This document shows positions 16,659 through 23,050 of a stretch of DNA of 28,834 nt, in pieces. The DNA lies in NCBI GenBank assembly GCA_025923175.1, contig JAICGL010000001.1:1-28834 (forward strand), written 5' to 3'. Source of the DNA: Acidimicrobiia bacterium (lineage in GTDB: Bacteria; Actinomycetota; Acidimicrobiia; IMCC26256; BP-133). Both the position numbers and the translations under genes were made by a program. Every line of letters begins with the position of its first letter. The stretch's first letter is position 1. The notes under the pieces were generated by a model. That model did no database searches and had not been told where the DNA came from. It saw nothing but the letters and a program-made list of their open reading frames with translations.

Positions 16659-17630
16659 ATGTCCCCGATCGCTGGTGGCTTTGGGGAGATGAACCAGGCC
16701 GGCGAGCACGTGCTCGCCTCCCTGCCTGACGGCCAGCGCGCGTCCCTGTGCTTCCCGTTCGACCATCCGGAGCGCTGCGCGTGGCATTACACGCCGGGGC
16801 CGCGCCAGGGTGTCTCTTTGGCTGACATGGGCCGGGAACCGGCCAAGGCCGTCCACCAGTTGCTGACCACCGTCCTCTCCCGGTCGGCCCACACCCGGGT
16901 GGCGGCGATCCGGGGCCTGGAGGACGTGCTCGACGACAGCGAGGGCGGCCGTCGCGACCGTCACGCCGGCGACTACTGGACGGCCATCTTCGGCGAGCCG
17001 GGCGACGCTATCTGGGGCTGGCGGTTCGAGGGCCACCACGTGTCGATCAACGTCACGGTGAGCGACGATGCCGTCTCCACGACGCCGTTCTTCCTCGGAG
17101 CGAACCCGGCCTCGGTCCCGGACGAAGGCGGCCGGAGCGTCTCCCGCCCGCTGGGCCCGGAGGAGGACGTGGCCGTCGCTCTCATGGGCCGCCTCGACGA
17201 CGATCAGCGGAAGCGGGCCGTTGTCAGCGACGCAGTCCCGACCGACATTCTGAGCAGCGACGTGCCCGACTCGACCGCAGTGGTCGGCCTCGGAGCGCTG
17301 TCCGGACTTCCAGGATCCGCGTTGCGGGCCGACCAGGTGTCGTTGCTGCGCTCCCTGGCCGGTGTCTACGTCAACCGGCTGGCGCCCGAACTGGCCGAGC
17401 CCGTCTTAGCCCGGCTTGATCGTGAACTGCCCGCCTTCTGCTTCGCCTGGGCGGGTCCGGCGACCCCGACGCCGGGGCAGCCGCACTACTACCGGCTCGA
17501 AGGTCCCCGCTTCCTGGCCGAGTTCGACAACCACCAGAACAGCGCCAACCACATCCACTCGGTGTGGCGCGATCCCGGCGGCGACTTCGGCGCCCGGCTG
17601 CTCCCGGAGGGCGCGCGCCACCTATCCTGA
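16659..17630 (+). CDS. DUF3500 domain protein
   Basis: WHYTPGPRQGVSL, YWTAIFGEPG, WGWRFEGHHVSIN, PFFLGANP, YYRLEGP, NHIHSVWRDPGGDFG. Start 16659 or 16689. Confidence 0.85.
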   Translation: MSPIAGGFGEMNQAGEHVLASLPDGQRASLCFPFDHPERCAWHYTPGPRQGVSLADMGREPAKAVHQLLTTVLSRSAHTRVAAIRGLEDVLDDSEGGRRDRHAGDYWTAIFGEPGDAIWGWRFEGHHVSINVTVSDDAVSTTPFFLGANPASVPDEGGRSVSRPLGPEEDVAVALMGRLDDDQRKRAVVSDAVPTDILSSDVPDSTAVVGLGALSGLPGSALRADQVSLLRSLAGVYVNRLAPELAEPVLARLDRELPAFCFAWAGPATPTPGQPHYYRLEGPRFLAEFDNHQNSANHIHSVWRDPGGDFGARLLPEGARHLS

Positions 17631-17641
17631 CACTCGTGCCA
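17626..17641. promoter_or_regulatory. Palindromic operator candidate TGACAC-TC-GTGCCA (copy 2)
   Basis: Exact 16-bp match (opposite strand) to 12715-12730; 20 nt upstream of the ABC1 kinase start. Confidence 0.45.
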
Positions 17642-17661
17642 GGGACGAGGGAGCCGCGGCG

Positions 17662-19194
17662 GTGAGGAAGCGCGAACGGGTGCTGCAGGTGGCCTCCGTC
17701 CTGAGCGAGCTGATGGTGGGCGAAGTCAAGCTGCGCCGGCGGCGTTATCGCGACGAGCTGGCCGACCCCGAGGACTTCGAGCGGGCGCGGGCGGCTGCGC
17801 TGCGCCAGTCCCTCGAGCATCTCGGCCCGCTCTACATCAAGGTCGGCCAGGTGCTCTCGACCCGGCCCGACCTCGTGTCCCAAACCGTCATCGACGCGCT
17901 CCAGGATCTCCACGAGCAGGTGATGGTCCGGCCGTTCTCCGAGTTCGAGCCCGTCCTGGCCAAGAATCTCGGCGCCCACTGGCACTACCGGTTCAAAGAG
18001 ATCGACACCGAGGTGCCGCTCGGGGCGGCGTCGATCGCCCAGGTCTACCGGGCGGTGCAGAACGACGGGCAGGAGGTCGTCCTCAAGGTGCAACGGCCCG
18101 GCGTGGCCGCCGCTACCCGGCTCGACATGGAGATCCTCGCCCAGGCCGTGAAGCTCGCCATGAAGCGGGCACCCAACATCGCCGAGATCTTCCAGCCCGA
18201 AGCCATGCTGGAGGTGATCTTCACCGCCATGCGGCCGGAGATCAACTTCAACGTCGAAGCATCGAACATGGACGAGTTCCGGGACATGCTCGAGCAGTTC
18301 GACCACCTCGAGGTACCCGACGTCCTCGACGTCACCACCGAAGTCCTCATCATGACGAAGGCCCCCGGGGTGTCGATCCGGGAGTGCAACCTCGACGACT
18401 TTGCCGACAAGGAGCGGGAGGCGATCGCCCGCGACCTGTGCGCCATGCTCTTCCACGGCTTCATGGTGGACGGGCTGTTCCACGCCGACCCCCACCCCGG
18501 CAACGTCTTCGTGGCGCCCGGCGAACCCGCCACGGTCATCGACTTCGGGATGATCGGGCGCATCGACCGGAAGATGGCGCTCGGCTACACCCGCTTCATG
18601 ATGGCCACCGCCCTCAACGACGGTGAAGCGGCCGGCCGGGCGGCGCTGGAGATGGGGACGCTGACATCGCGGGCCAACATCGCCGGATTCCTTTCCGACA
18701 TGCAGCGCTACATCCCGACGATGTCCAACCAGACGTTGCAGAACATGGAGTTCGGCAACGACTTCAACCAGTTCCTCGTCTTCTGCACAAACCGGGGGAT
18801 CGCCGTCAACCCGGCCATCGCCCTGTTCGGCAAGGCCACTGCCAACCTCGAGGGTTCGCTGCGCCGTTTCGCCCCCGAGCTCACACCCTTCGACGTCTTC
18901 CGGGACACGATGGGCGACATCGTCCGCGACCAGGCCAAGCAGATGGTGGCCGAGGAGGAGATCCTCCGCGTCGCCAACGAGGCCTTCTCCGCCAGCCGGG
19001 CGTTGCCCGAGCAGGCGCGCTACCTCCTGCAGGCGATCGTCAACGGCCAGTACGTGCTGCGCACCCGGGACGATTCCGCGGTGATCCACGAAGCCCGGGA
19101 AGACGTCCGGGCCCGGAAGATGCGCAGGACCCTGGTCGGCATCGCCGCCGCCGCCCTGTGGATGGACCACCGGCGACGGCGGCCGCCGTCCTGA
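17662..19194 (+). CDS. ABC1/UbiB/AarF-family atypical protein kinase
   Basis: YIKVGQVLSTRPDL (KxGQ), PLGAASIAQVYRA, VVLKVQRPG, FHADPHPGN, IDFGMIG, C-terminal hydrophobic helix. GTG 17662 with GAGGGA upstream. Confidence 0.93.
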   Translation: MRKRERVLQVASVLSELMVGEVKLRRRRYRDELADPEDFERARAAALRQSLEHLGPLYIKVGQVLSTRPDLVSQTVIDALQDLHEQVMVRPFSEFEPVLAKNLGAHWHYRFKEIDTEVPLGAASIAQVYRAVQNDGQEVVLKVQRPGVAAATRLDMEILAQAVKLAMKRAPNIAEIFQPEAMLEVIFTAMRPEINFNVEASNMDEFRDMLEQFDHLEVPDVLDVTTEVLIMTKAPGVSIRECNLDDFADKEREAIARDLCAMLFHGFMVDGLFHADPHPGNVFVAPGEPATVIDFGMIGRIDRKMALGYTRFMMATALNDGEAAGRAALEMGTLTSRANIAGFLSDMQRYIPTMSNQTLQNMEFGNDFNQFLVFCTNRGIAVNPAIALFGKATANLEGSLRRFAPELTPFDVFRDTMGDIVRDQAKQMVAEEEILRVANEAFSASRALPEQARYLLQAIVNGQYVLRTRDDSAVIHEAREDVRARKMRRTLVGIAAAALWMDHRRRRPPS

Positions 19195-19197
19195 GGA

Positions 19198-19407
19198 CTA
19201 CTTCTTCTCGGCTGCGATCCGATCGAGCTTGGCGTTGAGCTCGGCGACGGCCTTCTTCAGGTCGCTGATGTCGCTGTGGAGCTCGTCGTCGTCATCGTCG
19301 TCGTCACGCAGGCGGTCGATGCTGTCGTCGACGAGATCCTTGGTCTCGTCGACGACGGTCTGCCACCAGTCGAGGACGCCCTTGCGGGCGCCGCGGCGCT
19401 TCGCCAT
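19198..19407 (-). CDS. Small acidic coiled-coil protein, paralog A (69 aa)
   Basis: GAGGA RBS; basic N-terminus, LDWWQTVVDETKDLVDDSIDRLR, D7 run, heptad C-terminus; 73-aa paralog immediately upstream. Confidence 0.85.
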   Translation of the reverse strand: MAKRRGARKGVLDWWQTVVDETKDLVDDSIDRLRDDDDDDDELHSDISDLKKAVAELNAKLDRIAAEKK

Positions 19408-19613
19408 CTCTCAGTCCTCGATCAGGGGAGGGTCTTGGAGGGCGTCTTGGTCGCCGCCAAGGCGTCGAGCTTCGCCGACAGGTCGACGATCGAACGCTTG
19501 AGCTCGGCGACGTCGTCGCGCAGGTCGTCGTCATCGTCGTCGTCGCGGATGCGGTCGATGCTGTCGTCGACGAGGTCCTTGGTCTCGTCGAGGACGGTCT
19601 GCCACCAGTCGAG
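19285..19613. repeat. Tandem gene duplication: two 90-nt copies (19285-19374, 19524-19613)
   Basis: Manual alignment gives 85/90 identical nt; flanking codons are much more diverged. Confidence 0.9.
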
Positions 19614-19643
19614 AATGTTCTTGCGCTTGTTCCTGCGGGCCAT
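19422..19643 (-). CDS. Small acidic coiled-coil protein, paralog B (73 aa)
   Basis: GGGGAG RBS before ATG 19643; MARRNKRKNILDWWQTVLDETKDLVDDSIDRIRDDDDDDDLRDDVAELKRSIVDLSAKLDAL. Confidence 0.85.
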   Translation of the reverse strand: MARRNKRKNILDWWQTVLDETKDLVDDSIDRIRDDDDDDDLRDDVAELKRSIVDLSAKLDALAATKTPSKTLP

Positions 19644-19669
19644 CCGGGCTCCCCTCGAGATGTACGCTT

Positions 19670-19706
19670 TCAACAAATGATGAACTTTGTCCTCAACATA
19701 TGTTGA
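19670..19706. promoter_or_regulatory. Two TetR-type palindromic operators TCAACA-N2-TG(T/A)TGA
   Basis: TCAACAAATGATGA (19670-19683) and perfect TCAACATATGTTGA (19693-19706), 23 bp apart; the second overlaps the tetR ATG. Confidence 0.75.
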
Positions 19707-20380
19707 ACGAGCCGGGCCCGTCAAGTTCACCCCGCCGGGGCCGGCGGCCCGAGGGTGACGCCCGCCGGGCGCTCATCGAGGCGGCCCAGGCCATCCTGGC
19801 GGCCCGGCCGGCCGGGAAGCTCACGGTGCGGGAGGTCGCCTCCCGGGCAGGGTGCGACGTCGCGCTGGTGAACTACTACTTCGGCAGCAAGGAAGGGCTG
19901 CTGGCGGCGGCGCTCGAGGACGCCCTGCGGGAGCTGCGAGAGGTGCTCGAGACCTACACCCGCCGGGAGGGCACGTTCGAGGAGCAGGTCCGCCGCATGG
20001 TGCGGGAACCGATCCTGGCCATGGGGGAGCGGCGCCACCTGCCCCGGATGATCATCGGGCAGATTCTCCTCGAGCGGGGCCCACAGGCCGACAAGTGGAT
20101 CGCTGCCCTCGGGATCTCCCAACTCCAGGCGGTGGGCGAAATCGTCGAGGACGGGATCCGTTCCGGCGAATTCCGCCAGGTCGACGCCCGGGCCCTCGTC
20201 TACTCGTTTTCCGCCATCCCGGCCTTCTTCTTCCTCATGGCCCCGGTGATCGAGCGGATCCTCGGCGAGGAGGCCGTGAGCCAGGAGGCTGTCGAGAGCT
20301 TCGCCGACGCCGTGACCGATCTCGTGCTGCACGGTCTGCTAGCGCCGGCTCCGGACGCCGGCGGCTCATCGCCGGAGTAG
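19700..20380 (+). CDS. TetR/AcrR-family regulator
   Basis: ARRALIEAA...LTVREVASRAGCDVALVNYYFGSKEGLL HTH; C-terminal GIRSGEFRQVD. Confidence 0.92.
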   Translation: MLNEPGPSSSPRRGRRPEGDARRALIEAAQAILAARPAGKLTVREVASRAGCDVALVNYYFGSKEGLLAAALEDALRELREVLETYTRREGTFEEQVRRMVREPILAMGERRHLPRMIIGQILLERGPQADKWIAALGISQLQAVGEIVEDGIRSGEFRQVDARALVYSFSAIPAFFFLMAPVIERILGEEAVSQEAVESFADAVTDLVLHGLLAPAPDAGGSSPE

Positions 20381-20585
20381 GCGCGCGAACGCCCCGAACG
20401 CCGCGGTTCTGTCGCCGTCGGGTTGGGCGCTCCATCACACGGCTGTTGAGCATCCGTTATCGGATCGACGGCGCAATCCTCCAGATGCGGTTTCCCCCGA
20501 TCCCGCGTCCGGACGACGGCCCGTTGTGACGCAACACCCCCGCAGTACGAAACAACAAGACAGAGCGCAAGCCGTTCTCCCCCCA

Positions 20586-20638
20586 GTCCCGGGTGACCGA
20601 CTCGGTTTTTCGTGTGCCTCCGGCCGGTCACCCGGGAC
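20586..20638. repeat. 14-bp perfect inverted repeat with 25-nt loop
   Basis: GTCCCGGGTGACCG (20586-20599) / CGGTCACCCGGGAC (20625-20638), 40 nt upstream of the acyl-CoA dehydrogenase start. Confidence 0.75.
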
Positions 20639-20678
20639 CCCGCTCTCCTTCTCTCACCGGCATGCCAAGCTGAAGCTC

Positions 20679-21824
20679 ATGGACTTCAGCTGGCGAGAAG
20701 AAGACGAGCTGTTGCGGGACACCGTCCGGCGCTACGCCACTGAACGGCTGGCGCCCGACTACGCCCGCTGGGAGACCGAGCCGTTTCCCCGCGAGCGCGT
20801 GGTGGAACTCGGCCACCTCGGCGTACTCGGCATGCTGATCCCGCCGGAGTACGGCGGTTCCGGTGGCCGGTATGTCTCGTTCGGCGTGGCAGCCGAAGAG
20901 ATCAGCCGGGCCGACTTCAACGTGATGTCGTTCCTCCAGTTGGCGGGCATCACCTCGGGGCTCTTGGCGCTCGGCTCCGACGACGTCAAGAAAGAGTGGC
21001 TGCCCGGCGTGGCGTCCGGCGATGCGGTGGTGGCCTTCGCCCTCACGGAGCCGGGTGTCGGCTCCGACGCTGCCAAGCTCGTGACGACTGCCCGGCGTGA
21101 CAACGGCGACCTGATCCTGTCGGGGGAGAAGGCGTCATGCACGTTCGCCGGTCTGGCCGACGCCTGCGTTGTCTTCGCCCGCACGGGCGGCCCGGGGGCG
21201 GCGGGCATCAGCATGGTGCTCGTGCCGCTCGACCGGCCCGGCGTCACCCGGCAGGTCTACGACAGCGTCGGCGGGAAGCTCGCCCAGCGGGGATCGCTGT
21301 TCTTCGACGACGTCCGGGTCCCGGCCGCCAATCAGCTCGGCGCCGAGGGAGCCGGCTTCGTCGGCGCCATGAAGGGCTTCGACTTCAACCGGTCGATCAT
21401 CGCCCTCGGCTGTGTCGGCACGGCGCTGCAGTCCCTCGACGAGACGATCGCCTACGCCCGGGAACGCACCACGTTCGGCAAGCCGCTCGCCAAGCACGAA
21501 GGCGTCGCGTTCCCGATCGCCGAACACCTCGCCCTGCTCCACGCCACCCGGCTGGTGGCCTACGAGGCCCTGGCCCGCGCCGACGCCGGCCTGCCCCACA
21601 CCACGGAAGCGGCCATGGCCAAGTGGCTGGCGCCCAAGCAAGCCGCCGAGGCGATCCACTCCTGCCTGCTGTTCCACGGCTGGTCCGGTTACGGCAACGA
21701 TCTGCCCTTCGCCCAGCGCCATCGCGACATCATCGGCTTCGAGATCGGCGACGGCACCGCGGAAATCATGAAGGCGATCATCGCCCGCGAAGCCTTCGGC
21801 CGCGAGTACGCCGCCTACAAGTAG
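20679..21824 (+). CDS. Acyl-CoA dehydrogenase, cyclohexanecarboxyl-CoA dehydrogenase (AliB)-like
   Basis: MDFSWREEDELLRDTVRRYA, AFALTEPGVGSDA, LSGEKAS, RTTFGKPLA, AAMAKW, HGWSGY, EIGDGTAEIMKAIIAR. Confidence 0.9.
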   Translation: MDFSWREEDELLRDTVRRYATERLAPDYARWETEPFPRERVVELGHLGVLGMLIPPEYGGSGGRYVSFGVAAEEISRADFNVMSFLQLAGITSGLLALGSDDVKKEWLPGVASGDAVVAFALTEPGVGSDAAKLVTTARRDNGDLILSGEKASCTFAGLADACVVFARTGGPGAAGISMVLVPLDRPGVTRQVYDSVGGKLAQRGSLFFDDVRVPAANQLGAEGAGFVGAMKGFDFNRSIIALGCVGTALQSLDETIAYARERTTFGKPLAKHEGVAFPIAEHLALLHATRLVAYEALARADAGLPHTTEAAMAKWLAPKQAAEAIHSCLLFHGWSGYGNDLPFAQRHRDIIGFEIGDGTAEIMKAIIAREAFGREYAAYK

Positions 21825-21839
21825 CGCTCCGTCCAGAAG

Positions 21840-22137
21840 ACCGACGCGATCGCCGGAGACGCGAGGAAGCCCCGAGTAACCTTCGCTGTTTCCAGCTCCG
21901 TGCTCCTCGGGGCTCCTCGTTTCGGGCTCACCTTCGCCCCGGTCTGGCCATGCCCCTTGCGAGGCCGGCTCCGGTGGTGACCCGACCCGTCCGAAAACGA
22001 GCCTGGCACCGCGGCGCTGGCACTGCCCCCGGCGACCATTCCCGAAGGTCTGGCATCCGGTGACCTGGCTCCACTCAGTCGATCGGTGCTTCTCTCCGAG
22101 GAGATTGGTACCTTTCGGATCCGTGTCGTTCCAGGTC
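21840..22137 (-). ncRNA. Candidate ~300-nt structured non-coding RNA of unrecognised family
   Basis: Consensus-like promoter directly upstream, and the first helix begins at the predicted TSS. GAAA, GCAA and UUCG tetraloop hairpins, a 14-bp helix and long-range closing helices. No credible ORF; convergent with the upstream CDS. Ends are approximate. Confidence 0.62.
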
Positions 22138-22143
22138 TGCGAC

Positions 22144-22172
22144 AATATAACGGCGCAGCCACAGTCGGTCAA
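22144..22172 (-). promoter_or_regulatory. Near-consensus sigma70/sigmaA promoter
   Basis: Minus strand TTGACC (22172-22167), 17-nt spacer, TATATT (22149-22144). Confidence 0.8.
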
Positions 22173-22287
22173 TAGGATCTTTGAGAAAATCCCGGAAAGT
22201 TCCTAAACCCTTGTCCTGTAAGGGAACTTCCCCGGTGACTGCTCTTTTATTGAGACTCAATGCGCGTCCTTTAGCGCCCTTACTGCC

Positions 22288-22385
22288 TGTGGAAACATAG
22301 GGGTATAACCCTGTGTATGACGGGCATGGTTATCCACAAAGAGCAGGTCGCTGAGGGGTCAGGCGTTCGCAGCGCCTGTGGACAG
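22288..22385. promoter_or_regulatory. DnaA-box cluster
   Basis: Perfect TTATCCACA 22330-22338. Degenerate reverse boxes TGTGGAAAC 22288-22296, TGTGTATGA 22312-22320 and TGTGGACAG 22377-22385. The adjacent 22141-22320 is about 48% GC by hand count. Confidence 0.55.
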
Positions 22386-23000
22386 CCCGACGGTGAGGAC
22401 CAGCGGGACCATCCGGCGGAAGCGCCACTCGACCTGGTGCTGGGCGATCACCTCGAAGCCGGCGGAAGTGGCGAGCCGGCGCATGACCGCCGCCGTGGGG
22501 AACGTGACCTTCGTCTTCGAGGCGCCCGACGACAGGCGAGAGAAGCGGTCGCTTCCGATCGCCGTCCGGGGATGGATCATGCCGACCAGGGCGTGGCCGC
22601 CGGGGGTGAGGACCCGGTGGAACTCGGCCCAGGCCTGCGGTTGATCGAAGAAGTGGAAGGCCTGGGTGCAGACGACGGCGTCGAACGAGCCGCGCCGGAA
22701 GGGCAGCCGGGCGGAATCTCCGCGTACCCAGCCGACCCGCCGCGAGCGGGTGGCCGCCTCGGCCAACATCCCCGCCGACAGGTCGCAGCCGGCCGTCCCG
22801 CCGGGCGCCAGTTCCCGGTCGATCCGGTCGGCGAAGATGCCGGTGCCGCAGCCCACGTCGAGGACGGAGCCGGGGCGCCAGGCTCGCAGTTCGGTCAGCG
22901 CCCGGTCCTGCACCGCCGTGTACAACGCCTGCTGGACCCAGCTGGTGTCGTAGAGGTGGGCGACCCGGTCGAAGATGCGGTGCACGTCGACGTCAGGCAT
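22359..23000 (-). CDS. Class I SAM-dependent methyltransferase (UbiE/Methyltransf_11-like)
   Basis: FDRVAHLYD, VLDVGCGTG, CDLSAGML, GDSARLPF...FDAV, HRVLTPGG. ATG 23000. Confidence 0.9.
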   Translation of the reverse strand: MPDVDVHRIFDRVAHLYDTSWVQQALYTAVQDRALTELRAWRPGSVLDVGCGTGIFADRIDRELAPGGTAGCDLSAGMLAEAATRSRRVGWVRGDSARLPFRRGSFDAVVCTQAFHFFDQPQAWAEFHRVLTPGGHALVGMIHPRTAIGSDRFSRLSSGASKTKVTFPTAAVMRRLATSAGFEVIAQHQVEWRFRRMVPLVLTVGLSTGAANA

Positions 23001-23050
23001 CGGCACAGTCTGGTCCACCGGCCCCTCCAGGGCCGGTAGGGTTCGATGCA

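Noticed and set aside
9550-19170. Long antisense or alternate-frame ORFs (e.g. 9550..11028-, 13653..15134-, 13724..15163+, 17371..19170-; also 23728..25584- and 26073..27350- elsewhere)
   Set aside because: Stop-poor shadow frames expected in ~70% GC DNA; no motifs, and each overlaps a well-supported gene.
19285-19545. (GTC)n microsatellites as phase-variation tracts
   Set aside because: In-frame poly-Asp codons interrupted by the same synonymous codon in both paralogs; trinucleotide slippage would not shift the frame.
21840-22137. Identifying the RNA as tmRNA, RNase P, SRP, 6S, Ms1, raiA, a group II intron or a riboswitch
   Set aside because: No tRNA-like ends or tag ORF, no GAGGAAAGUCC P4, no SRP helix-8 motif, no intron domain V, and not a single long rod. 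No downstream same-strand gene for a riboswitch to control. Judged from memory; Rfam search still required.
21830-22140. CsrB/RsmY-like sponge because of about 13 GGA triplets
   Set aside because: Only modestly above expectation for G-rich sequence, and most GGAs are in stems rather than hairpin loops.
21815-22172. Minus-strand ORFs 21815..22162 (115 aa) and 21135..22172 as proteins
   Set aside because: Their starts lie inside or upstream of the promoter, so they are not on the predicted transcript. Sequences are low-complexity with no family motifs, and the longer one is antisense to the acyl-CoA dehydrogenase.
22249-22261. HspR HAIR site
   Set aside because: Half-sites resemble HAIR but the spacer is 1 nt, not the ~7 nt of CTTGAGT-N7-ACTCAAG.
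22141-22385. Calling this region oriC, dif or parS
   Set aside because: Few boxes, no dnaA/dnaN/gidA/parAB context, no clear DnaA-trio run; no XerD arm TTATGTTAAA or parS TGTTTCACGTGAAACA match.
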